NCBI RefSeq assembly: GCF_947568905.1
Contig: NC_079172.1
Coordinates: forward strand, 31,372,001-31,436,000
Reading direction: 5' to 3'
Origin: Ostrea edulis
Taxonomy: Eukaryota
DNA length: 64,000 nt
The translations under genes and the position numbers were made by a program. Below the pieces are notes generated by a model. It saw nothing but the letters and a program-made list of their open reading frames with translations, did no database searches and was not told where the DNA came from. Position 1 is the first letter of the stretch; each line of letters opens with the position of its first letter. This document shows positions 1-11,080 of the stretch, one piece after another.

Positions 1-1137
1 ACTCGGCAATGCACTTATCTCGGGTGCATTTGAAACATGCTGTTGTTGTGAGCCAAGACCAAGGGGTCCATTCGGTATGGCTTGAACTGACACAGATTGT
101 TGCTGACTTTGACTCTGACTACCCACGACACCTGGACTTGGACTGACACTCGCAGTAGGGTGATTGGGAGGGAAGCTGGGGGCTCCAGATCCACTTACGG
201 AATTTAAAGCATTTATGTAGGACTGAAGCGTTGCCTGGTCACCAATTGGTGGAGGAACACCATATAAAAGTTTAGAAATCTGATTCAAGTTTTGATTGGA
301 GGGATTTGGATGCATTCCATATGAAGCAGCAATGTTCATCGATGATTGTGGCATCTGTGTCCCATCACTCCAAACTAACTGACCAGTCTGTGTCATGTGA
401 ACGTTCTGGTTCAAAACAAGTCCAGGTGCTTGATTTTTTACAACTTCATTTAACTGATCTGTCACTTGATTTAAAGTATTTCCAGCATGTAGAGGATTTT
501 TAGAAGGATCATCTTGACCATAATCATAGTGTATTGAACTGCAGGCACTTGAATTACCTGAGTTTGTTTTCTCTCGGTCTTTGTTACCAACTTTTGTGTC
601 ACTGCCCTCCGGTACTGCTGGTGTATCCAGAGAGTCTCTGCATGTCCATCGGCCTCGGCGGAAAGGTTCCTTTGTTTCCACTTTGACAACTTTGAACCGT
701 GTCACAGTTTGTTGGTCGCCTTTATCCTTCACCTCTTTACCCGGATCAGATTCAGTATCTGTTGTGGGAACCTCTGTTGCAGGGACCTCTGTTGCAAACG
801 TGTTATCCTCAAGAGGACTTTGTTCCCCCACATCTTCATACTTTGAGCCATCAAGAATCTCAGAGCTAGCATCCTCTGTGTGGCTCTCCACCGTCTCATC
901 CAAATCCTCTAGAGAGTCCCCATCCAGTTCCCCGATCGGAGCCTCGCTACTCCCACCACGATTCTTCGTGATACTTGTGATTTTAAATGTCTTCTTTTTG
1001 TGTACACCCTCGCATCCATGTTTATTGGCACCTACCATTACTTTATTATCACTCTCGTCCCGACTATTTTGTTCATTTACAGGAGAATTCGTATGATTAT
1101 CCACTGTTACGGCCATTTTATCAGAGTTCGATGCCAT
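1..1137 (-). CDS. TSC22D1: TSC22 domain family long isoform (TSC22D1.1/BunchedA-like), N-terminal exon, runs off the window
   Basis: Manual translation from ATG at 1137 stays open for 379 codons to base 1 (MASNSDKMAVTVDNH...EISALPS). It contains both conserved long-isoform motifs: KKKTFKITSIT plus DSLEDLDETVESHTED (motif 1 region) and TRFKVVKVETKEPFRRGRWTCRD (motif 2), then a Q/P/S-rich tract. The TSC box/leucine zipper would lie outside the window. The paralog name is approximate. Confidence 0.85.
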   Translation of the reverse strand, partial: MASNSDKMAVTVDNHTNSPVNEQNSRDESDNKVMVGANKHGCEGVHKKKTFKITSITKNRGGSSEAPIGELDGDSLEDLDETVESHTEDASSEILDGSKYEDVGEQSPLEDNTFATEVPATEVPTTDTESDPGKEVKDKGDQQTVTRFKVVKVETKEPFRRGRWTCRDSLDTPAVPEGSDTKVGNKDREKTNSGNSSACSSIHYDYGQDDPSKNPLHAGNTLNQVTDQLNEVVKNQAPGLVLNQNVHMTQTGQLVWSDGTQMPQSSMNIAASYGMHPNPSNQNLNQISKLLYGVPPPIGDQATLQSYINALNSVSGSGAPSFPPNHPTASVSPSPGVVGSQSQSQQQSVSVQAIPNGPLGLGSQQQHVSNAPEISALPS

Positions 1138-1362
1138 TTTTGAGACTTCAAACCCGTGCGAAAAACACTTCTTTCTCTTTAAATAGAGGACCCCATGAGA
1201 GACACAGTTTTCGATATAATTTCCCCATTGCTCAAGTACTCAAATACTATAATTTCAGGCCACATATGGAATTCCTCGATTGTTACCACACAAAACAAGT
1301 TCTATCGTATGTCTACACCTCACCTTCTACAACGGCGGCGGACATGAGCAGCTACGAATGAT

Positions 1363-1377
1363 GGGAAGTGACGTCAG
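1363..1377. promoter_or_regulatory. ETS-CRE composite site (GGGAAGTGACGTCAG) upstream of TSC22D
   Basis: Perfect CRE palindrome TGACGTCA at 1369-1376 overlapping GGAAGT, about 230 bp upstream of the TSC22D ATG. Confidence 0.5.
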
Positions 1378-1868
1378 GCGACAACTTAACCCAGAAAAAT
1401 TCATTCATGACCTCATTTGACACCACGTCTTGTTTATAAAAATTTACTATGTTGTGCGATGTCGTAAAATATTGAAACTGTGGTGCTGAAACTATATAAT
1501 GCCGTTCGGATAACTTAGCCTTTACTATTCGTTCCTCGCTTTTTAGGGAAAGGGTATTAATAGTGTAATACTAGGCCTAACTATTAACATGATTTAATTA
1601 TTTAAAATGTACTTTTAAATTTTGTGAGACTAGAAATTGAAAAGGTAACCATCTGGGTTTTTTATAGGGGTAAATTTTATTACCATTTTTGATCGTTTGG
1701 TTTGTTGTCGTTCTTGTATTTATTTATTTTATGGATTTATTTTTACAGGTTATAATTATTAGGTTTTGTTTTGTCTTTTATTTATTTATTTTTCATTATT
1801 ATTAATTTTTTTATTTACCTTTCAAAAGAAATTATAGATTTAGTAAATAGAAAACACCAGGCCGAGGA

Positions 1869-2274
1869 GAATGTATGTTCGTTCGCCCTAAAACGCGTTC
1901 GCCCATGACGCCGTTCGCCCTTATTCCCGTTCGCCCAGAGTCCGATCGCCCTAAAACTTGTTCGCCCATGGTCCGTTCGCCCTCTTATTAAGTTGAATGT
2001 CTGAAACATAGGAATTCTTCATTTTTCTATACATATTTTTCTATAGATGAACCAAAAAAATTTTTTTTCACGTATGCAACGGGTCTTACTAATGACCTGT
2101 CATACCAAATACCTGACTAACAGAAATTTACGACATTTGAAGGTTTTATATTAAATTTTGTAAGATATATTCCTGAATATGAATAAAAATACATTAGATT
2201 AAAGGCTATTAGAAATAATTTTCCCAGCTGATGGCATGCTGCCTTGGTCGTACTTCTCTGCCACATGAGATGCA

Positions 2275-2311
<37 letters not shown>

Positions 2312-2840
2312 GACCTCTGCCATGGTGGATAGTAGTTTGATGAAGTTTCAAGTTCCATCTCCTTATAAATCATTCTTGAGATCAAAGGACTGGTTTGTAG
2401 TTGAAAATCAAAAAATTCTTCAAAGATAAAACCGGTGCTCATATCCATAATGGGCCTATTAACGTCTCAATGTCTTCAATATTGCTTTCAAAACATCGCG
2501 AATCGTTAAGAAAACAAAGGAGCTGATTCCCCAAATTACAGTATTAAAAATAACATACATTTAAACTAATTATGTCTTTTATAAACACTACAATCAGAAT
2601 TAAAATACCAGTCTATTTATTTAAGAAACTTAAAATTGTGAATTGCGAAAAAAAAAAAATCGATACGTAATAAATGTCTTTAAAAATAAAAAAAAAAAAA
2701 AGCTTAATATATACTATATATATATATGGCGAACGGGATATAGGGCGAACGAGGAAAAGGGCGAACGAGAATTATGGCGAACGGACTCTGGGCGAACGGA
2801 CGGACGCGAACGTGTAGAGAGGGCGAACGAACCCGATACC
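1869..2840. mobile_element. Non-autonomous Mutator/Foldback-like DNA transposon with modular TIRs
   Basis: 9-bp direct repeat GGCCGAGGA at 1860-1868 and 2841-2849. About 7 copies of CGTTCGCCC at the left end (1878-1982) mirror about 7 copies of GGGCGAACG at the right end (2728-2832), at identical spacing from the TSD. Confidence 0.8.
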
Positions 2841-2859
2841 GGCCGAGGATAAGGGGGAA

Positions 2860-4400
2860 ACTGAGCGAACCTCCTTATCCAAGTAAAGCAGAAAGCAGGT
2901 GGGCCAGATCAAATGCCGTGCAGAATACTAAAAGAAGTTGCTGAAATCCTAGCGCCGATGCTGACCGTGATCTACCAACAGTCACTAGATTGATTGATTG
3001 ATTGATTGTATCTTATTATGACGTCTTTCGTGAGAATTTTTCAATCACTAGACACCGATACACTCTCTACTATATGGTTGCATATATCAACTTGGTGCCA
3101 CTTTCAAGAAGGCAACATCACATCTTTCAGAAAATTATTGTCCAGTAAGCTCAAGACGTGGGTGGCGTGCAATTGTTAGAGCACATCATATGCAGTCACA
3201 TCAGGGCCCACTTGGATAGACATATATGGTATACTATCACGATTGCAAAATGGGTTTCGTGCCAAGTTTTCATGTGAGACTCAGTTATAAGTGAAACTAG
3301 ATGACTCGTTAAACATCCGGGAAAAGATGACCCAAGCAGATGTTACTGTTTTGGACTTCAACAAAGTCTTTGACAAGGTGCCTCATCAGCGTGAATTACA
3401 ACCATATGAAGTGAACAACATCATTAACTGGATAGAAGCTTTTCTCACAGGTAGGAAGCAGATGTTACTTGTGGAAGGGGAGTATTTACAGGAAGCTGAC
3501 GTTACGTCGAGAGTGCCACAAGGAACAGTCCTGGGTCCCCACCTCTTTCTGCTCTTCATTGATGACCTTCCCATTTAGCCCGACCCGAGAACCTGGTGCA
3601 GACTATTCGCTGACGACTTCTTGGTGTATAGAGAGATTCACTCACCAGAAGACCAGATCGCACTACAATAAGACCTGAATGTGCTGGAAGGATGGAGTTT
3701 GCAGTGGGGGATGGCATTCAATGCTCGGAAATGTAACATTATGAAAATAGTTCGATCTAAGCCCATCACACGCATGTACCAGCTCAACAATATTAGATCA
3801 AGTAGATTCCTGCACATACCTGGGTGTGAAAATTGCCACTGGATAGCCTTAACTGGTCAGCCAGTGTGCCAAACAAGTTAACTCGAGGCTGGGTTTCCTG
3901 CGTAGGAACTGCCCGAAAGAGTTCAAGAGGACAGCATACATCTCTATGGTGCGATCCATTATGGAATACGGCTCAGCTGTGTGAGATCCTCACTCAAAGA
4001 AGGATGCTAGTACACTCGTAAGAACCCAACGACGAGCAGCTAGGTGGATATGCAGCTACTATTACAGTACCCTATCCAGTGTGACAGGAATGCTTGAAAC
4101 ACTAGGGCTGGAGGGATTGGAACTTCGGAGGAAGAAGGCCAAACTCCTGCATGGTGATATACAAGATCTTACACAGATGTGTCGTCATTAAATATGTAAA
4201 CTTGAATGCCACAACCAGGGCGAACCATTTTCTCAAGCTGATACAACAGAGGTGCAACACAACTGAAAGACTCACTCATTTATCTCTAGAACTATCACGG
4301 AGTGGAATACATTACCTGCCCCAGTAACAAAGGCTGGCTCTATCAACATCTGCAAGAACCAGCTCGCGCAGCTAGTCAATCTTGACTAGCAGTACCGTCT
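2860..4400 (+). mobile_element. Decayed CR1/L2-group LINE, reverse transcriptase region
   Basis: Frameshifted RT motifs: GPDQMPCRILKEVAEILAPMLTVIYQQSL, DFNKVFDKVPH, SRVPQGTVLGPHLFLLFIDDLP, LFADD-like, WGMAFNARKC. Many stops and frameshifts. Confidence 0.85.
2990..3044 (-). mobile_element. 5'-truncated SINE-like insertion nested in the LINE
   Basis: (GATT)n tail plus about 35 bp resembling the 3' end of the 7652-7926 element; flanked by TCACTAGA at 2982-2989 and 3045-3052 (TSD). LINE coding homology resumes after it. Confidence 0.7.
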
Positions 4401-4965
4401 CATTCGCGTATTACTCCCAAGGAGGTCTGCAATTTTTTTCGATAGAACTAGAGCCACGTGCAAGCGGATCTAATAACTAATCTTAAAGGGGGTTTCTAAT
4501 TCACAACAACAACGCGAAAAACAAACAATTCATACAGTCGTTTTTACACAGGTTACGAATCGGTTTGCTGTTTGGTTGTGCACGCGGCCTACATGGTTGG
4601 AGTTCAGGATATTCTTTGTTGTTCAACTTTTTGAAGTATTAGAATTAAAATGCATGAATAATGGCGGGAACACGGGGAGAACAATTATAACCCCCCTCTA
4701 AACCCGTTTTCCTGGTTTCGAATTCATTTTCCAGTTTCCTCTACCGATGCTGATCCAATAAATCAAAAAGGCGGATCAAAATAAGTGTTGGAATACGTTA
4801 TTTGGAACACATTATATAGCATGCATGGAAACTTTTCGTTTTTGATTAACTGTTTATAAACACACATAGGCCTACCCGTGTTTGATAATTTCACTTCCGT
4901 CAAATGTAGTGAAACTGAAAGAACTGAGAAAGAAAGAAAAGGTCAAACGATCGTATTTTGTATAG

Positions 4966-5400
4966 GGTAGGGATGTGGAGACATTCATAGTTCTGAGTAT
5001 GACATCATGATAGAGATGTGGAGACACTTGTCATCCTGGGTATGACATCAAGATAGGGATGTGGAGATACTTGTCATCCTGGGTCTGACATCAGGATAGG
5101 GATGTGGAGATACATGTCATCATGGGTCTGCATCAGGATAGGGATGTGGAGACACTTGTCATCCTGGGTCTGACATCAGGATAGGGATGTGGAGACACTT
5201 GTCATCCTGGGTCTGACATCAGGATAGGGATGTGGAGATACATGTCATCCTGGGTCTGACATCAGGATAGGGATGTGGAGACACTTGTCATCCTGGGTCT
5301 GACATCAGGATAGGGATGTGTAGACACTTGTTATCCTGGGTCTGACATCAGGATAGGGGTATGGAGACACTTGTCATCCTGGGTATGAAATCTGGATAGA
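4966..5400. repeat. 43-bp minisatellite, about 10 copies
   Basis: Unit GGATAGGGATGTGGAGACACTTGTCATCCTGGGTCTGACATCA; period 43 measured (5141 to 5184); internal ATCCTG...CAGGAT inverted repeat. Confidence 0.9.
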
Positions 5401-5594
5401 AAGCTGTACATAGACTCTTCGTTTTCCCCTCGGAATCCATTTTCGCTACCTACGGGTTCCCGGTCCACTCCGCTCCCCATAAATTGATTTTATTGTGGAC
5501 CGAAAACCCTTTACTAGCGAAGATTTATGGAATTCTTCCTTATAACTGGCAGCCAAGAGATGACGATGCTGGATAAAGATGATATGGTATCAAT

Positions 5595-5686
5595 CACAGG
5601 GGCTGAGCCCGTTTTGGGCCCGAACTCTGATACCATAAATATATGGTATCACAGAGTTCGGGCCCAAAACGGACTTAGTCCCTGTG
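5595..5686. mobile_element. 92-bp fold-back MITE (P- or hAT-like, 8-bp TSD)
   Basis: Near-perfect palindrome CACAGGGGCTGAGCCCGTTTTGGGCCCGAACTCTG...CAGAGTTCGGGCCCAAAACGGACTTAGTCCCTGTG; flanks GTATCAAT / GTGTCAAT (1 mismatch); a single-arm copy lies at 9364-9417. Confidence 0.75.
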
Positions 5687-6123
5687 GTGTCAATCGCATG
5701 ATCACGTCGTCACGCCGTTGAGTTACGAGATTCTAAATCTAGAGGCTGGTTGCATGGTATCAGCATTCTGTAGTCTTTCCAAGGAAACGCACCAGAATTG
5801 TAATACGACATTTTGGAAATAGAAGAGACGATTTCAAATACTCACTTTATAAAAAAAAAAAGAAAAAAAAAAAAAGGCATTAATACGATCGATCATTTGT
5901 AATCTTAACTCTACGGTGGTTTTAACAATTATAAATGTATGATATATTACTCAAACTGGTAAATACATTAATGGAATAAACACATGGTTTGAAGGAAAAT
6001 ATAGTTGTATAGAAATCATGTGATTACTATCTTCCAAATGAATAAAATCTAAAGTATTTTTTTTTAAACACACAAAAACTCAAGAGATTTTGAGTGTGTT
6101 TTTAAAATAGGTTTTTATTCAAG

Positions 6124-6128
<5 letters not shown>

Positions 6129-6168
<40 letters not shown>
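6129..6168. repeat. (TA)n microsatellite
   Basis: About 20 TA units; a similar tract lies at 52783-52830. Confidence 0.95.
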
Positions 6169-6169
<1 letters not shown>

Positions 6170-6289
6170 TTGGAGCGTTTATATGGCAATTTGCATTTCA
6201 AGAAGATGAATTGAATTCTAAAATGTTGTGTCAATCAATCATGACCTTATTGCTTTTGAGAAGACGATTTTTCCATATATCTTCATGAA

Positions 6290-6590
6290 AAATGAAGATA
6301 ACAAACAGTGATCAATCTTATTATAATTTCTATAAAGAATGCAGAATTAAGAGTAGGGCATACACAGACCATTTGACACCATGTTTCTAGGAGGAGTAAG
6401 CATGTTCCCTGTTAACCGGTCACACCCGCCATGATCCTTTTATCTTGATCAGGTAAACGGAGTAATCCGTGGTCAAAATCAGTTGCCATGGACAAGTCAG
6501 ACAGCGTTCTACCCAACGACAGACTGTATATCCGCAAACAATTTAACTTATTATAACGACCACAACATTTGCGAAATTCTTACCCCAAAC
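6290..6590. mobile_element. Degenerate interspersed repeat, probably a retroelement end
   Basis: GAGTAGGGCATACACAGACC (about 6351) resembles GAGTTGGGCAAACACGGACC (about 9147). Family recognised from memory only; not classified. Confidence 0.35.
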
Positions 6591-7651
6591 GAGACTGCCA
6601 AAAACCCCGCAGCATCAATCCACTTGTCAGTAACCTGCCTCGATTTAAGAATTCCCAATACCCAGAACATGTTCTCGCGCATCGAACCAGCTGAGAGATA
6701 CAAACACCAAATTCAGGTGGCAATAGAACATCGCTACACGAAGATGGAGAAGCTGAAGTCATCCCCGTCTGTTACAAAGTTGAGTAAAACTTTGACCCCC
6801 TATTGTTGTCCATTCTACCCCTTTGAACCATGATTTGAAGAGAGAAAAAGAATCTACACTATGCCAAGAAGCTTTCGTGTAAATTATAACTTTGTTGACC
6901 CAGTGGTTATGTTTTTTAAATGATCCCACCATATTTTTGCCTTTTCGTGATTGTCTTTATAATTTGCAATGAACAGGAATTTCATTTACCAATTAATTTC
7001 TTTTGTTTTACAGCACAGAATGATTTATCAATATACATTTTGAAAGGAAATCGGACCATTATCTATATATAACGCCAAATCAACATAAACTCAAACAATT
7101 GAAGTTGATGATATCATCAATTCATTTGATGCGAGAAACCATTCAATTAAAGATCTCTTCATATTATGATTAATGATATTCGTATCTTCATCGCGCGAAT
7201 TAATTTAATTCTTTATAGCATTAATTATTCTGCTGAATATGATGCGTGCTATAATTGAAATGTTGCTCTCTTTTAATGAATTGATTATATCAACAATTGA
7301 ATTTATGTGCTTAACGCAACTATCTAATCAGATATATCTTATCCACAATTAAATAAATTATATTTCCTTCTCTTTATAAGAATTCACGCGCGCATTTTCG
7401 CGGGTAATATATATCCACCACATTGATGCGCGCAAATTGAAACGATGAACTAATCAACTCAATATTATTGAGCGAATTTGGCGCTCCATACATCTATCTC
7501 CCCTTTGCCTTTTTTAAAGTGTTGTAATTATCGCATATTGGTTATGATACACGTAATATATAGCAGAGTGAATTGAAGTTGACTATAAAACTACAATTTC
7601 AGTCCCAATGTATCAATGTCGTTCGCGCTGATTGTGACCAGTATCAAGTGA

Positions 7652-7926
7652 TTGATTGACTGGTTAAATATTGTTTAACGTCCCTCTCGAGAATATTTCA
7701 CTCATGTGGAGACGTCACCACTGCCGGTGAAGGGCTGCAAAATTCAGGCCTATGCTCGGCGCTTATGGCCTTTGAGCAGGGGGGGGGGGGGGTCTTTATC
7801 GTGCCACACCTGCTGTGACACGGGGCCTCGGTTTTTGCAGTTTCATCCGAAGGACCGCCCCATTTAGTCGCCTTCTACGACAAGCAATGGGTACTAAGGA
7901 CCTATTCTAACCCGGATCCCCACGGG
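7652..7926 (-). mobile_element. Full-length short non-autonomous retroelement (SINE-like, no tRNA head)
   Basis: TSD ATCAAGTGA at 7643-7651 and 7931-7939; (AATC)n-like 3' tail; 5' end CCCGTGGGGATCCGGGTTAGAATAGG. A 20-nt exact match to the head occurs at 30061-30080 and a truncated tail copy at 2990-3044. Confidence 0.8.
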
Positions 7927-8169
7927 ATGCATCAAGTGAAGGCTGAACATTTCCAATCGTTCAAGTGTCGTCGCTGAACTTCTACCTGGCTGGAATAATA
8001 GACAACCAGAACATTACCCACCCACCCACCCTCTCTCTCTCCCTCGATCTCTCTGAGTCTCTCTCCCACCACCTCTGCAGTAGGCTCTTGTGTACTGGAA
8101 ATCCGAATTCCAGTCAGAAATAGAGATGAAGGGTTGGACAGGGGATTCCACTTCTGCTAGAGCTGGGGC

Positions 8170-8575
8170 CTTCCCGAGCTTGATAGTTTGGCGCGGATCT
8201 TCCCGAGTCAGGCGCGAGCCTTCCCGAGCTTGCTAGTCAGGCGCGGATATCCCCGAGCTTGCTAGTCTGGCGCGGATCTTCCCGGGTCAGGAGCGGGTGT
8301 TCCCGAGCTTGCTGGTTAGGCGTGGATCTTCCTGAGCTTGCTAGTTAGGTGCTAGTCTTTCCGAGCTCGCTATGCAGGCGCGGGTCTTCCGAGCTTGCTA
8401 GTCAGGCGCGGGTCTTTCCAAGCTTGATAGTTGGGCGCGGGCCTTCCCGAGCTTGCTAGTCAAGAGTGGGTCTTTCCGAGCTTGCTAATCAGGCGCGGGC
8501 CTTCCCGATCTTGCTAGTCAGGCGCGGGTCTTCCTGAGCTTGCTAGTCAGACGCGGGTCTTCCCGAGCTTGCTTG
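8170..8575. repeat. 29-bp GC/CpG-rich minisatellite, about 14 copies
   Basis: Unit approx. CTTCCCGAGCTTGCTAGTCAGGCGCGGGT; period 29 (8391, 8420, 8449). Confidence 0.9.
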
Positions 8576-8993
8576 AAAGACCCGAGAGGTTATTTCTTGA
8601 TCAAGAAAATAGGGATGTCCGCTGGACTCAATAATTGCAGTTACGGACATCCCAAGATGGATGACACTAACTTAAGTGAAAATTATTAATGAAGATTTTG
8701 TAATCATGAAGGATTATTCTCTCGTGCTTATGTTTTCATTGATGTGTTATTAGATAAAAATATAAATTACTCAGCAGTCTTTTTCATACTTTAATTCCTA
8801 ATTGAAAAAATCCACCGTAAAAAAGGGTGTATGTGAGCGTAACTATAAAAATCGATGCCCGTAACCGATAAGAAAAGTCCGTAACTGTTGACTTATGTTA
8901 TACCCGTGTCTATTACTACTGTCAATTTGAATTCTAATCTGTAACCTAATGATTAGATTAAGATATTTCGTATCATGAATACAAAACAAAGAC

Positions 8994-9142
8994 AGGGGCG
9001 GATCCAGGAATTTTTGAAAGGGGGCGTCTAACATAAATTTTGTATTGCAAAGGGGGGGGGGGTTCCACCCTTAAAATGCGTTATTTTTACCGTAAAGCAA
9101 AATTTTCTGACCCCAGGAACCCCCTCCCTGGATCCGCCATTG
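8994..9142. mobile_element. hAT-like MITE
   Basis: Termini CAGGGGCGGATCCAG ... CTGGATCCGCCATTG; no clean TSD found. Confidence 0.6.
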
Positions 9143-9169
9143 AGAGAGTTGGGCAAACACGGACCCCCC

Positions 9170-9285
9170 TGGACACACTATACGCTAAGTTCCCTTTGAA
9201 GGGGACATATGGTCCTTCCTTTGAGCAAACTTGAATCCCCTTTACATATGGATGATGTGTACCAAGTTTGACTGAAATTGACCTG

Positions 9286-9328
<43 letters not shown>

Positions 9329-9365
9329 GGACAACCAGTGATCAGAGTAGCCCACTTTCAGCTCA
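9170..9365 (-). mobile_element. HINE (Helentron-associated) fragment
   Basis: AAACTTGAATCCCCTT...GGTTCTGGAGAAGAAGATGAAAATGTGAAAAGTTTACAGACGGAC matches the terminal block of the full copies at 34600-34760 and 42630-42795. Confidence 0.7.
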
Positions 9366-10629
9366 CAGGGGCTAAGCCCGTTTTGGGTCCGAACTCTGTG
9401 ATACCATAAATATATATGCTTCATTCATCATCCGATGAAACAACAGAGAAAGATATTTTATAGTTCATATATTTAAAAATATATACATATAAAACAGAAT
9501 TATACATATGGTTGACCCATTTGTTACGTTAAACGGCAATGCAACCTTTGACCTTGATGACGCTCGATCCACATTTGGTATGTGCAAACAGATGGTACTA
9601 GTTTGTAAAAATTCATGGTATTGATTTTATTTTTATTCACCAATCAAGGGTCCTCATGCTGGGCGCATATATACATGTACAATTTTAACAATTAAACGTT
9701 AATTTATAACTACATGATACAATATTATATAGATCTACACATGTGTACCACATGTTAAGCCAAGGGTTGAATTCATTGTATGATGAAAGCAATGTCAATT
9801 TCAAAAGAAACTGTCTTTAATCCCCCCCCCCCTCTCTCTCTCTCTCTGAATATATAACATCAATCAAAACATGAAATACTGATAAATAATCCTTTATCAT
9901 AACATTGATTCGTGTCAGCGTCCGATCATCATCATCTTGGGATGTCCGTTACAAACTCTAGTGGATGTTAGTGGTAGGGTCTATTTCCGAGGTTACAGTA
10001 TATTTTTAAAAAGTAAACAATGGCGCATACGGAAAATCAAACGGCTATCAGGTTTATACATTAATATATTAAATTCATAATATCGACCAGTCGAATATTG
10101 CTACTGAGTACAAGTCGATGACCTCAGTATTGTACACAGTGGATAAGGCGATAACTCGGATAAATCTCACAAACTTTTGAAGGGGAGTTACACAAATATC
10201 GGAAATCCTCTGGACTAATCCATACCTAACACAGAAGAACATGGCGAAGAGAAACGATCCAGACTACTTTCGGTTTGCACACATTGGTTGGGTGATTCCG
10301 ATATCTACGGGACTCACAGTGTTAACAGTAAGTGTTTGGTGACAGATGTGTTTGGAGCTAGTCAATGCTAATATATAAAGTCTATTTAGAGAATTAATTC
10401 AATTTAATCTTTTGTGATCTTGTGATGCAGCCTAATCTGATATTCCATTTTGACACCCCCCCCCCGCCCCCTAAATCCCCGGCCCCGGCACTTAGTTGCA
10501 GGGGAGAAGTCGGAGAAATCTTGGATAAGATCCAGTCTATGTTTGACACTTGTGATATAAACTGCACAATGGAAGGTATAGAATAAATTGTTCCCAATAT
10601 AGCTTTGTAGGAATTATTAAACATAAGTA

Positions 10630-10830
10630 ATAACATCAACAGGGAGAAATGACCATAGCGGGATTCAAACACGGGTCCATCAATTTTTTAGTCAGGTGCT
10701 CTACCAACTGAGCTATCTGTCTACAGACGATCAAACTCGTCCAACCGACCTACATCCCTTAAATCCTTCTTAAATGTCTTCACACTTGACGATATCATGC
10801 AGATGAGAATCTTGTCAGTTCCAGCACCAC
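10630..10830 (-). mobile_element. Degenerate tRNA-derived repeat (SINE or tRNA-containing LTR)
   Basis: Minus strand AGATAGCTCAGTTGGTAGAGCACCTGACT...GTGTTTGAATCCCGCT: A box and degenerate B box, no acceptor stem. Confidence 0.55.
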
Positions 10831-11080
10831 CCCTGGTATCTCTGAACATTTGTAACCAGATTTAATGTACATCATATTGACAATTACAATCCTGCATTGC
10901 ACACAAGGAGAATCCTGTCAAATACAATATTAAGAGAGTTCTCATTGAAATATTATATTTGACAGTATTTTATTGCTCCTTGTGGGTTCATATGATATAG
11001 TATAGTAGCTAGGCTAGCAGAAAGTATATCTTTTGTTTGACATGGAAGAGAAACGCAGGACGTACAATTCCAGAAAAGAA

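Larger units (their letters stand above)
8645..9947. mobile_element. About 1.3-kb non-autonomous TIR element with nested insertions
   Basis: Ends GGACATCCCAAGATG / CATCTTGGGATGTCC; flanked by GTTAC on both sides (8640-8644, 9948-9952), alternatively TTA if the TIR starts at CGG. Confidence 0.7.

Noticed and set aside
581-1361. 171-aa and 124-aa + strand ORFs
   Set aside because: Antisense shadows of the TSC22D exon and its 5' region.
2117-2448. Polyproline/polyglycine ORFs
   Set aside because: Artefacts of a G homopolymer inside a transposon.
7850-7926. Canonical HDV-like ribozyme fold
   Set aside because: P3/L3 and CTAA resemble HDV but P2 cannot form and P1 is weak; kept only as an unclassified structured RNA candidate.
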